From: Epiperipatus broadwayi
Lineage: Eukaryota > Animalia > Onychophora
Assembly (NCBI GenBank): GCA_028023455.1
Contig: JAQFVV010000006.1
Span: 9,300,001-9,364,000, forward strand
Reading direction: 5' to 3'
Length of the DNA stretch: 64,000 nt
Below the pieces are notes generated by a model that saw only the letters and a list, made by a program, of their open reading frames with translations, had not been told where the DNA came from and did not search any database. Below, piece by piece: positions 51,808 through 64,000 of the stretch (positions are counted from its first letter, which is position 1; every line of letters begins with the position of its first letter). A program made the translations under genes and the position numbers.

Positions 51808-53600
51808 TTACACCATCATCATCAACAACCATTATCAATCCCCTGCAGGATGAAGGTCTCTCCAAGTTCAATCCATCTTCTCCGATCTTTAGCTTCTCTT
51901 CTCCACATTATCTCTGCACACTTTCTTATTTCATCCATCCATCTCACATGTGGTCTCTTTCTGGATCATTTACAATCTCTTGGAATCCAATTTAAGATTT
52001 CAATTGTCCATCTATTATCATCTCTTCTAGAAATATGTCTAGCCCAACTCCACTTCAGTCTTTTAATTTTTTCAATGAGGTCAGTAACACCTGCTTGTTC
52101 TCTTACCCATATATTGCGTTTTCGATCTTTTTTTGTTACTCCCAACATGCATCTCTCCATACTTCTTTGAGTGGTCTGAAGTCTCTGTATTGCTCTTCTA
52201 TTAAGTGTCCAAGTCTCAGATCCATAAGTAAGAACTGGTAAAACACATTTATTAAAAACCTTCCTTTTTAAACACATAGACATATTTCCTTTTAGTATCA
52301 AGTTATTTCTACCAAAAGCACTCCAACCAAGTTTAATTCTATGATTTAATTTCATCCATTATGTTTCCATCTGTATTAATAATCTGACCAAGGTATTTTT
52401 CTAACTCATCGTAATCAATCTTTATTTTCATATTTTGAGAAAATCCATTAAACATTACTTTAATCTTTTTAACATTTATCTTTAGTCCTACTTTCATCTG
52501 ATAACTCCTGCAACATTTCCTGCAGCTCTAAAGCATTATTTGCAAAAACAACTACATCATCTGCAAAATCTAAATGACTTAAATAATCTCCATTTACTTT
52601 CACTCCTTTAGCTTCCCATTTTAATCCACAAAATACTTCTTGCAGCACTGCTGTAAAAAGTTTTGGAGATATGGAGTCACCTTGTCTTAAATCTTTCTCA
52701 ATGTTGACTTTCCCAGTATCCTTATATAATCTAATTGCTGCTGTTGCATTTTTATAAATATTCTTTAAAATATGACAATATCCCGGATCTATACCTTGAT
52801 GACCCAATGCTTTAATCACTGAAGAAATGTTTATAGAATCAAATGCCTTTTCATAATCTACAAATCCAAAGCATAATGGCAACTCATATTCATTTGTCCT
52901 TTCTATAACTTTTCTCAATACCTGGATATATGATCTATTGTACTAAAACCACTTTTAAATCCAGCTTGTTCTCTTGGTTGGTGGAAATCCAATATTCTCT
53001 GGAGACGAGTTGTAATTATCTTGATAAAAATTTTGTATAAAACTGATAAAAGGCTGATAGGTCTGTAATTTCTAATATCTTCTTTACCACCTTTTTTAAA
53101 TATTAATATTAATACTGCATTCTTCCAATCATCTGGTACATCTTTATCATTTAGACATTTGGTATATAACTTTGCTAAACATTTTTCTATTTCTTCATCT
53201 GCTTCTTTTAATATATCAATTATAATTCCATCATTACCTGGAGTCTTTCCTTTCTTCATACATTTAATTGCATGTCTCACTTCTTCATTTAAAATTCTGG
53301 GCAATTTGGAAGATGTAATAGATATAGGAGGTACTTGTCCTTTATTACTATATAATTCTTGATAAAAGTCTTCTCCCCATTTCATGATGTCATCTCTCTT
53401 TTTAGTAATAATTTCATCTTTTTTTCTTATTGCAGATATAAATGTTCGACCAATACCAAAATGTTGTTTTACACTCTTAAGACTTTCATTCTCTTCTACA
53501 GCTTTCCTTGCTAGTTCACAGTTATACTTCCTTATATCATTTTCGATTCTTTTCCGCACCATTTTACAAAATTCGAGATATTAAATCCTTTTTAATCTTA
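51808..53600 (-). mobile_element. RTE-clade LINE, 5'-truncated, frameshifted RT
   Basis: NYRPISLLS, QAGF, FVDYEKAFDS, LRQGDSISPKLF, FADD and VLTYGSETW motifs; (GAT)n tail. Confidence 0.95.
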
Positions 53601-53949
53601 AGTCCATTTCCAAAGAAGTATGGCTAAATGTGACATTATTGTAAAATTGAAAGAAATTGTCTTTTATGTAGAAATAAACATTGCTATAGAAACCAGTCAC
53701 AAATGACTGGGAGGGGGTGGAAATAAAAATAAAATCATCTGCATTCCAAGAAGTGATGAGAAGACTTGTAATAACTACTTTCTGTGTTTTTTATTGTATA
53801 GAAGTCGATAAAATTTTGTAAAGACTTTACGTTAATGTTATGCATTTTATGGAGTAAAGAATCCTACAGAATGCTTTCCCTGATCTTTCCCATATTGTAG
53901 CTGAATATGGATGTGTAGGCAAAGAAATGCCTTAAAAATTAACTTTTAT

Positions 53950-54260
53950 TCTCCTGACTTATTTATCACTCACTATTCATTGCTGAAGAAATATTTGACA
54001 TTTACTTGCTACAAAAGTAAAACTGGTCATCTAAAGTGATTCTCCCTATAGAAATGTACTTTTATAAATTAATCTGCGAATCTACTTATATTAAATGCTC
54101 AGAAGAAAATTGCAATGGAAACCCTTGTAGGAAAACCACCATGGAATGAACCAAAAGAAGCTAAAATATTATATTGCCAGAAAACGTTTTATGGCCATTT
54201 ACGGATTCTAAATATACATGCGAGCTCACAAAGATATTAAGATAATTAACGGAACTATCT
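53950..54260 (+). mobile_element. Possible PLE GIY-YIG remnant
   Basis: Frameshifted NVLYKLICESTYI..RKLQ...ENH resembles NVVYKIxC..YIG.T.R.L..R..EH. Confidence 0.3.
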
Positions 54261-55229
54261 ATAGCTATTTTCAAAGAGGTGTAAGTTCCAAAGATTTTTT
54301 ACTCTCTCGTGATCATATAATTTTTTTAATTGTAAATATGTAAATACATGTTATTATTATTATTATCATATAATTCTAATCTTTAATTAAAATTATTGTT
54401 GTTGTTAATAATTTTGTTGTTTGTCATTTTTCATCCGAATCCAAGCTGATTATTTATTAAAATAGGCAAAACTCTCTCCATACAACAGTTATGAGTGAGC
54501 ATGGGAGATAGTCATCATCTGATTATTTATTTTGTTAATGTAATAAAGTATTAAGTGAAGGGGGTAACAATCAGAAATATAATTGAATCTGCATGGAAAC
54601 TTGTTTTTATATGGGTTCAGTGTAATTGTTGCTTGTGATTTATTATCGATATGTCAATTAAAAATAAATTATATGTAGTCACTCCACCATGTACATGGTC
54701 GCCCGTTAGTTATCTTTAAATTTCCCAATACTAAAATTAAATTGCAACTAATGTATTTTTTTTCTCATTTTATCATTAACTTGATTAATACCAATTGTCA
54801 CAAGGGCAGTTACCGTTACAATAAATACAGCACACAAATTTGTTCGTTGCTTATTTATTGGCATTTTCCAAATAATAAACCGGTTTCTTGCCATACGTGC
54901 AGATTCAAAAAAATGTTGGTCCTCATTGATAATAGTGAGAATGATTAGTAAATTTTCTGCATGATTTGGTGCAGTGGTAGAGTGGTAGACTAGAGTTTTG
55001 GTCTATGGGTCCTACCCAGTCCTTACCTTCTGATACTTGAACTTCTTACGAACTCTTGAGTATTAAAGCCATTTGATTGTCTACTGAATGCTAAAAAATA
55101 AAGAATATTCAAAATATAAAATATAGTTTCCTTTTATAAATCAGGTGTAAACTATTTTACAGAACAAATAAGACTGAATACGTTACCGTGAACTAGTGGA
55201 TTTCCTGAAGGTTTGTGATGATAGTACTT

Positions 55230-55695
55230 TAGTTGTATTTAGATGTTGAATTATTTCAATTATTTAATATTAAGTATTGAATGTTTTTACAAAATTTAAT
55301 TTGATTTAAATTTTCCACTTACATTCAACTGTTAGTAATAGCACACAGGTTAGAATATGCTCCACGTTTTGAGGGTATTATTCTCCTCTTTTTCCTGTGT
55401 TGCTGGCCTGACGAGTGACAATACTAGCATGGGCTCACTTGGTTAGAGTATTATCTTGAAATTCAATATTCAAGAATCTAAAGATCCAGGTTTGATTCCC
55501 ATGCTAGTATTGTCACTGATCAGGCCAGCAACACATGAAGAAGATGAGAATAATGCCCTCAAAACGTGGAGCATATACTAACCTATGTACTATTACTAGC
55601 AATTAAATGTAATTGGAAAATTTAAATAAAGTTAAATTTTTCTAAAGACATAATACTTTAATGTTAGATGATGGAAATAGTCCAAGATATAAAAA
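55230..55695. mobile_element. Family-B SINE fold-back sharing one tRNA head
   Basis: Inverted bodies join directly through the acceptor-like stem gacaatactagcatggg...cccatgctagtattgtc, with the tRNA head as the loop. Confidence 0.85.
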
Positions 55696-55799
55696 CTACT
55701 AAGAATTAAGTTTATATTCTTAGTCTTACATATTTAATAAGCTACAAAATTATTTACTTGCTCGTTAAAAATCAGTACCAATTGATTATATACAGTTAT

Positions 55800-56280
55800 T
55801 CATATAATGTGCATCTTACAAACTTGTGCAGATTAATTATTTTCATTTCACAGAAGAATTGCTGGTTGTATATCTGAACTAAATATTGTAGAATGCAAAT
55901 TTTTTTTGCCCATAATGGGTTGTGCATTTACAGTATGTCAGTCGTTATTCGCAGCTGATTCATTGAAATTTTGTTTTCTTTTTAAAATTGCATGAAAACT
56001 ACAAGCATGGTATCAACAGAAATCCCAGCATTCATTGCTGCTTGAAAATCTCTTTTAAATAGCATATCTTGAGTTAAAATCAGATAAAATTTGAAATTTT
56101 TTATTAATATTTTTAGTAATAGGTTCATTTAATTTTTTTCTTTTCAGCTGACTTTACTAGCTTGCTTGAAGAAAACAAAGGGAGAATGTTTAATCGGCCA
56201 GAAATGTCGTAAAATGGATTAAAAATGCGCCGATAATTCTCATTTCAAGGCTTTCTAAACATAATCAGACTATCGGGTCA
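55800..56280 (-). mobile_element. MULE/Mutator transposase remnant
   Basis: Frameshifted RDFQAAMNAG...ACSFHAILKRK matches the D.E.A..NA....FP...C.FH...RK pattern. Confidence 0.5.
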
Positions 56281-57814
56281 TAAGTATTCAATTTTTATTT
56301 TTTAGTTATTTGAATAGTATTTTAAATTTTTTTTAATTATTTGATAAATGTTATAATTTATTAATGTCTTTGTGTTTGTATTGGTATGTCTATGTAATAT
56401 ATAAATTATATAATATTAGATCATTTATGCTCTTTATTATACAGTATATAAATTTGTATTCAAATATAACAAAAGTGTTTTATGTACAATGTAATTTTGG
56501 GTGTCTGATCCAAGTTTGAGGCAACCTTATTTTATAAACATGATTCTCAAAAGGTTTAATAATTTATTAATGTGTTTATATTTGTATTTGTACTTGCATG
56601 TTTGTGTTTGTATAACAAGTAATGATTTACATATATAGAGCAGTGTAATGTAAATTTTAATTGAATATCAGATGTACAGAGAAGTTGCAGTTGATAAGCA
56701 ATCACACAATTTACTGGGCATAGTACTATGTGAAAATATAAACCCTTAAAAACCAATAAAGAGAGATTTCAAATGGTGTGTGTAGTTAAACACACAATGG
56801 TTATGTATACACCACATGGAATTATATGCAGGCAAATAATCAAATTCTGATTCTTGCCTATGCCTTGATACTCATACTGTGGAATCAGTAGTTTTGCCAC
56901 ATCTTATATCACATTATTTTCAAGTCTATAGCTAGCAAATGAGCTGCTGTATGCATTGTGGGACAATAAATATAACAAGATAGCATTACTGACATGCATA
57001 AAGAATATAAACATCACTGGTGTACACAAAAACTATAAAATGAGGAGATGAAACTCATTTTATCAGTGATACAGTACTCTACAATTTCTAGTTTTAGATA
57101 GGTCAAGAAGCCAATTGCTATGATGACAAATGCATATCCATCTTCTGGAGATAATTTGTTTTATAATTTTCATTAGGATGAATCTTTTCTTATAGACGCC
57201 TTTGAGATTTGATAACTTTTGGGGTACAAGATAAAAATGAAGAATTATTATGCGACTAGTTTTGGAGATTCTGAAGCTATGGATTATCTCAGGTAAGAAG
57301 TATTATATATGGTTTGAAAGATAATTTTGTGAGGAATACAAAGAAAATATCAATGAAGATGTAATTTAAACTTCGTTAATGATAAATTAGAAATTATGAA
57401 CAAACAATAAAGGAATAATTATGCCGGATGTTTAAATTTTTTTATTTTCTTATTTTTAAAATGGTAATCACTATTTGTCTTAGTCTTCTTGTTTTCCGTA
57501 ATTTTTCTAGTTTCTAACAATGTAAAGTTTTTGCTCTAACATTAAAACTGAAGTTATTGTGAAAATTGTGTCTCAAGTCAGTTTTTTTTTTAAATTCAAT
57601 ATGGCGCTTGGACACTCAACTAGATAAAAACATCTTCTATTTGAAAAACTGAAAGCAGCCATCTCCATAAATTGGAGAGAAATGCATGATTCTGCTTACT
57701 TCCCTAAGACGATATTTATCCTCCCTCCATTTAATAGCATAAAACTTTTCCGACACCAATATGGATATATACTGTTTCATCTACACCAAGGAATTCTTCT
57801 TTTGTAAGAGTATC

Positions 57815-58830
57815 AAACTCTTACAGTAGTGCCACCAAGTGTAAGCCTTTGTAATCAATGGATGCAAGGTTTGTGCATAAAATCCCAATCTAGTGTCTAC
57901 TCATCCAACATTCCCAGACTAGTTTCTAGCTTATGGTTTTCAACAGTGAGGAGCCTTGGATTTGAGAGCACTGCACCTAGATTTTAGGACCTAATGCAAC
58001 CCTCCACCAGCCACCTTTTACCTATTTAGTTAGCTATAAAGCTAGGAGCTCAAGATGAAGACATCATAATGTTTCCAACTCAAGCTCATTTGCTTGCATG
58101 ATAATTTAGGTCTGAACTCAATTCAGCAGCTATACATTTTGGTGTCTTTGGTTTTTCAAAAACCAATCACCATTATCCTATGGGCAGGTTAGGTATAAAA
58201 CTATCAAAACATCACATGAACACCATTTCATATGCTTACACATGGTGTTAATAAGAGTATTAAACTCCATACAGTAGTGCCACTAAGTGCAAGCCTTCGT
58301 AATCAATGGATGCAGGAAGGTTTGGGCATAAAATCCCTATCTAGTGCCTATTCATCCGACGTCCCCAGACTAGTTTCTAGCTTGTGGCTTTCAGCAATGA
58401 GGAGCCTCGAATCTGAGAGCACTGCACCTAGATCTTAGGATGTATTGCAACCCTTCAGCAACTGACTGAGTTCAGATCTATATGACTATACAAGCATATG
58501 AGCTTAGGTTGGAAACATGGGGTTTTCATCTTGGGCTCCTAGCTTTATAGATAACCAAACATGTTAAAAGTGGCTGCTGGTGAGTTGCATTCAGTCCTAA
58601 AATTTAGGTGCAGTGCTCTCAAATCCAAGGCCTCTCACTGATGAAAGTCACAAGCTAAAAATTAGTCTGGGGGATGTTAGATGAGTAGGCACAAGATAGA
58701 GATTTTATGTACAAATCTTCCTGCATCCATTGATAATGGATTGCACTTAATGACACTACTGTAAGGAGAGTTTAGTATTCTTATTAACAGCCTGTGTAAG
58801 CATATGAAATGGTGATCATGTGCTGTTTTG
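57815..58830. mobile_element. Family-A cluster: tandem dimer (451-bp monomer) plus inverted third unit
   Basis: HHR cleavage sites at 57916/7 and 58367/8 (-); plus-strand HHR near 58632-58675. Confidence 0.9.
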
Positions 58831-58943
58831 AATTCTTCTTTCTTCTCCTTTACTTTTTGTGCATTGGTTATTAACAAATATAATTATTAATTTTTTTATA
58901 CTTCATTCAAGGTGTCCATATTGTTTCTACAAATAAATTTGCT

Positions 58944-59027
58944 TTTAGTTTTGACTGTCCAGCAATCTTCATCAGAACTTCTAATAGTTTCATTTGATAA
59001 GACTGCTGGGCAATCGAAATTGTAACA
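58944..59027. repeat. Small inverted pair of decayed HHR-like motifs (family E)
   Basis: Minus: CUGAUGA-A-GAUUG(CUGGA)CAGUC-AAAA. Plus: UUGAUA-A-GACUG(CUGGG)CAAUC-GAAA-UUG-UA. Confidence 0.55.
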
Positions 59028-59299
59028 GAAGATATTAAAATTATTTGTAGAAAGAATATTGTTGCATTCAATAAAATGTAAAAGAAGGAGTTATTAATTT
59101 TATACCACGAAATATGTGGTGGATGAGATAGTGAAGTTGTATGAGCTTGAAGGCATGAGGAACCAAAATTTTTTCCTTGAAGTCCAATTTAAAAAGTCCC
59201 CTGAATATTGATGTAATTTGGGAGAGAGTTTAGTAAAAAATACTGAACAAAATATTTCTGATTGTTTCTGTCAAATCTCACCTTGCCTTCAAATAATGG

Positions 59300-60050
59300 A
59301 CTAGTCCATATTCTATTTTTATCTAGATTGGATTGAGCATTCATTGCCCCAAACCAATGTGTTTACAGATAACATATATTCAATGGCAAGAACAGGTCAA
59401 TTGATGATGGTGCTCATTGAATCTGAATGTTTCCATTATTGTTGGGGATCTGGCAAAAGATAAGATCAGAAAACTATTGTCACAAAGCTGAAAGACAAAA
59501 TAAACATTTTCCCACAGACACCAACTGACAAGCTAATTGGGTAACACTGAGGCAAGTCCACATTCAAGCCTGGAAGCTACTAGAACCTAACCACAGATAC
59601 TAGTAAAACTGTTGAGAGTACAGCCGGAAGTGTCACAGTATCTACTTCCAAGACAGGCTGTCACAGTACAGCTGGAAGTAGTAGATAAAATTAAGCACTT
59701 GGAATCCCATCTTTCTATAGTTGCATGACAACTAGAAGCTATATCACTAATGGTAGCAGGCAGTGGTTCACTGTGTACAGTGTAAATACGCAGATGGATA
59801 TGTGTAATGTTCTATTAATAAATATATATATTAAACGTATTATAAGAGTTTGTGTTTATATTATAATTCACAGTGATCTGCTCAGAATTAGTGTCCTAGT
59901 TTAGTACAATTCCGTGTATATGTTATTCCTGAAGCCTTAATCGCACGGTTGAGTATCCGTCCAAATTCTTCACCCCCAAGTGGGGTTACCCGGGTATATT
60001 CTGGCCGACTACTCTAGAAGCTTAGTTTAAGATATCAACACAACAGTTTC
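59300..60050 (+). mobile_element. Possible LTR-retrotransposon 3' remnant (integrase tail plus LTR-like segment)
   Basis: LRQVHIQAWKL resembles the integrase C-terminal R.VH...LK motif; followed by a short-repeat region and AATAAA. Confidence 0.3.
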
Positions 60051-61024
60051 AGATATATTTTTAGAAACAAATTGCCATTTATATTTTTAAATCCTTTGTA
60101 TCGTTGACACAAGTGTTAAAATTTTAACAATAGAATATTATAAAAATGTATTATATAAATGTATCATATCTAAAAAGTAAAATTAAAATTTTCTACGAAT
60201 AACAGTTAAATGCAAATGTCCGGATAGCTTAATCAAAAATTAGACATGTATTGTATCTAGTACATGTTCACTCTGTTTATTCTTTTCCAGTGCCATCTAC
60301 TGATAGTTTGAGTAATTAGTAGATGTGCTATATAACTGCAGACTAGATGTATTTAAGAGCACATATTCACTTCATTCCAATAGCATTTCCTGTAAATATG
60401 AGTAATTAATAAAGACTAGATGGTAATTCGATAATCCAATTTCTACCAGTTTCCAGCTAAAGATTCGTGTCAATGAGGAATTTTAGTCACTTGTATTCTA
60501 ACCTTCAGCAGCCATCTTTAATTCCTTTATGAATTTCAAGATAAAGATTTTTTATCCAATGTGATTATAATTCTGATATTAAGTAGGCCAACAACTATAT
60601 TCTAATGAGCTCAATTTTAATTTAGTAATAGGCATCTTTCATCTTTGGCTATGATAGTATATACCATCGAAACATTGCGTGATTCTTTTTTATCTGTATT
60701 TTAACAAAAGTGTTCCTGTTTAAGACACTGGAATATCTTCCAGGAAACACTTTCTGGCTGTTTTGTAGTGATTCGAATCAAATATTTTTATAATAGTATG
60801 TTTTTTTCTTTTGATGATCCAAGACATTTACCATTTCTAGAAACTACAATTAATGATCTTACGTTTTCAATTCATCGGAAAAAAATATACTATAGCTTCT
60901 AACACGCATTTTCTCCAGGTTACTTCAATTACACCAAATCATTTATACACTAACCAAATGCCGTAATTGAAAACTTTATACTTAGGATTTAAAAAAAATT
61001 AATAATTTTTACTTTAATAAAAAG

Positions 61025-62640
61025 TGTTGTGATGTATTATGGCTTCTCCTTAAACGAAGTCAGGAATCTCTCAGCAGCTATGCCCAGAGAAACCTGTTAG
61101 CCACTTTGCCCCACTCTAAGTTTTCCCATATTCTGCTCCATCCCATTTCCACAACATAATCTTTGTCAACTCCATGACCTTCACATCTAAATTCCCCTTT
61201 TCCCAAACTTAGCATAAAAACCAATAACTCACTTTCTGTTTAATCACTTTGTTCCTATTTAACCTTCCATAACTTCGTTATTTGTACCCTTTCTGCTTCC
61301 AAGCATTTACATGGAAGTAACATATGCCTAATATTTTCTATGCCTTCCTTACACAACTTGCAGACTAAATCACCCATATTTTTCCATTTACATGTATATT
61401 CCCTTGTTGCTAAAGATCCCGTTTGAGCCTTAAACAAGAAACCACTTTCCTTACTATTATCATAAATTAACTCACACCTATGTTCCGTTTACTTCTATAT
61501 ATATTTAAACTCGTTTTACTCTCCATACTAGTTCTCCATCTCTCCAACTCCCTATTCTTTATTAATGCATCTATTCTTCTATCCCATTCCTTACCACTAT
61601 AACACTCAACAATCCTCCTAACACAATCATCCCACCTTTTGTACAAGTATACTGACATAAATTCTTTATCCAAATCTTCTGTATACTGCATTACCTTTCT
61701 CACCCATCTTGTTGCCTGCCCTTTACTTGTAACCCAATTAATTACTATTTTAGCTATTCTTTTATTATCCATAAACTGCAATCTACCAACATTTTCAATT
61801 TGCTTTTTGCATCCCTCATATAAAAACTTGACCGTCCCATTTCTCCTTGAATTGCCTCCTTTGCTGTCCACACCTCTGCATCTAATGTATGTCTTCCTAC
61901 TTCCCTTTGTACTTTTTCTAAGTAATCCAATACCCCTTTACTAACACATAACGCATCATTGCCATATGTTAACCCTGCTACTGCCACTCCCTTCCATACA
62001 ATTCTAGCTACATCATATTTATTATATGAAAACACGTTAATTTCTTTATCCCTTTGTTTTCTTTGCTTCATTTATCAATTTTTTCTCTTATTCATACAAG
62101 CAATTTTTCTGATTACTCAAGATGATTCCCAAATAACTATATCTATTCACCACACTTTAACTTTTTATCCCCCAATAAGAAATCTTTGTCTTCTCTTTCC
62201 CCAGTACTTCACCATCGTTATATTTGATTTTTCTTCATAAATTTAATCCCCATATCTTTACCCACCCTTGCACACATTTTTAGTATAACTTCCATATCTT
62301 CTCTTCTTTCTGCACATAAAAAGACATCATCCGCAAAAAAAAGACCCGACAATGTATATATTCCCTTGCCACCTATTAACGGTATCTCTGTCCCTCTTCC
62401 TAGTCTTTCTATTGCTCTCTCCATTTCTTTCTGTTGCTCCCTCCATTTCACTCAAATACAACAAAAACAAAATAGGTGATGTATGGCATCCTTGCTTTAG
62501 TCCCACCCCATTTTTAACTTTAACTGATTCTATATGTATAGTAATTATTTTCATATAACTTCTTAATAACATCCACTAAAGCTTCATCCATGCCCAGATT
62601 TGCTAAACTTTTCCATAATCTATTTCTATTCACTCTATCA
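61025..62640 (-). mobile_element. LINE RT-to-3'-end fragment (clade uncertain; resembles tick-type non-LTR elements)
   Basis: GLKQGCHTSPILF, GLFFADDVFL, VWKGVAVAGLTYGNDALC and the CCHC tail; frameshifted. Confidence 0.9.
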
Positions 62641-62659
62641 TATTGATCAACATTCTCAT

Positions 62660-63560
62660 CCTAATACATCATCTAGTGTAAGCTTGAGTAATTAGTAGAT
62701 GGTAAATGATAGTACTTAATAAATCCCTATTCAATGTTATTCTTTCCAATAACCATGGATTTGTTTCTAACTTATGGTTTTCATCAATGAGGATTTTTGG
62801 ATCTGGAAGCACTACATCTGGATCTTTTGGATCTAATGCATTTTTTTTCCAGAAGCCATCTTTTATTTCTTTGTTTTACTATTAAACTACTAACCCAAAC
62901 TGATAAACATTTTAATATTTTCAGTCTAAACCAACTTGATTGTAGTTATATAGATCTGAAATCATTTTGATATCTATGTGTTATGATGTCCTTGGTGTTT
63001 TTAATAGCCATATAACCTCTACATTTGGTTAGGATTGATACAAAACCAATAAACATCAAATAACCTTAGCTTTCATTATGGAGTTCAGTGGCAAATTCTT
63101 TTTTATCTCATTCCATTTGGGTACCTAGTGTAAATTTGAGTAATCTCTAGATGTCAAGTGGAAGTGCTTATTAAATTCTCTATCCAATGTTATCTCAATA
63201 TCCCAGATTAGTTTCTAAATTACAGCCTTCATCAGTGAGGAATTTTGAATCTGGGAGTAATGCATCTAGATTTTTTTTTGGATCTAATGTACCTTTCCTG
63301 TAGCAGCCATTTTTTACTCTTTTATTTTACTAACAAGCTGCCATATCAAATTGAAAAAGGTGTTTTGTTTTCAATCTAAGTCAACATGCTAGTTTGTTTT
63401 TCAGTTTGTGCTGGTAACTTGATAATATAAATAAAAGAAGGCAGCTGGAGAAAAAGTGCATTAGACTCCAAAAAAATTGAAGTGTGCATTCCTAAATCCA
63501 AAGCTCATCACTGGTGAGTCATAAATTAGAAACTGCTTTAGGGATATTGTAAGGAATAGC
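62660..63560. mobile_element. Old family-A cluster: tandem dimer (452-bp spacing) plus inverted arm
   Basis: ctagtgtaa at 62673 and 63125; decayed HHRs near 62760 and 63205 (-), and near 63505 (+). Confidence 0.75.
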
Positions 63561-64000
63561 ATAAATAGGGTGAGGAAAAGAGAATTTTCTTCTGAAATGG
63601 CGTTATGTAAGCTTGGGTGCCAATCCTCACCAAAGCATAGAAATGTCTGAAATGAAGGATACCATAATATAACAGGATGTGGGAATGAATGATGAACATA
63701 TTGAAGGATTTATCAGCTAATGAGCCTATTGCTAATACTTTGGCCTAATGATGGTAATATTTCCTGTTCGTTGGCCTTCATTTAGGTACATACTCCTAAC
63801 ATAAATATGCATATGTCATCGCATATAGATTGTCAGGTGCTGTTTAAAAGACATGAGTTCATTAGCCATTTTTAATTTTGTTCAGACTGGTACAACTAAT
63901 CAAGGTCCATTAAGGAACCATTTTTTTACTTCTCTGAAAAATATTCAGAAACTCGGGTTCAAATCTTTATTCTTTAGGTGATAATCCCATTCAAACACGT

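Noticed and set aside
55145-55195. RPUSD4 exon 8 (GVNYFTEQIRL)
   Set aside because: Lacks the KHQxRVH motif and hits a stop after ~15 codons; the real exon is probably beyond the window.
56148-56210. Plus-strand terminal exon after a strong acceptor
   Set aside because: No homology; lies antisense within the MULE remnant.
57177-57292. Internal exon with CAG|GTAAGA donor
   Set aside because: Stops in the frames compatible with the upstream phase-1 donor; no RluA similarity. May be a transposase remnant.
235-63000. Most short ORFs in the supplied track (e.g. 32602, 48327, 51805, 58232, 61959)
   Set aside because: They are antisense or off-frame readings of LINEs and family-A repeats, or AT-rich chance ORFs.
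1-64000. CRISPR array, rRNA or prokaryotic operon
   Set aside because: The sequence is eukaryotic and intron-rich; tandem repeats lack a repeat-spacer organisation.

Overview
AT-rich metazoan (probably arthropod/chelicerate; inferred only from repeat types) genomic DNA. One clear protein-coding gene runs on the + strand: a mitochondrial RluA-family pseudouridine synthase (RPUSD4-like). Seven phase-consistent exons lie between ~3.7 and 49.3 kb; the last exon(s) (expected G-x-KHQxRVH...CPILGD) are not in the window. The introns contain hAT-type MITEs with 8-bp TSDs, RTE and other LINE fragments, a decayed Ty3/Gypsy element, Penelope-like (PLE) RT/GIY-YIG remnants, a MULE remnant and tRNA-derived SINEs. 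The main unexplained signal is a high density of minimal type-I hammerhead ribozyme (HHR) folds, roughly 40 intact or decayed motifs by manual count, in about five repeat families. (A) A high-copy ~400-450 bp retrozyme-like unit occurring as tandem dimers plus an inverted arm. (B) A tRNA-headed SINE carrying an HHR and forming fold-backs. (C) Four HHRs with a compensatory A3-U8 core in place of C3-G8, with unrelated but pairing stems. (D) A canonical CUGAUGA family after PLE endonuclease remnants. (E) A CUGAAGA family in inverted pairs and a 4x tandem array upstream of a PLE RT remnant. All ribozyme calls are by-eye structure predictions; none is tested for activity.
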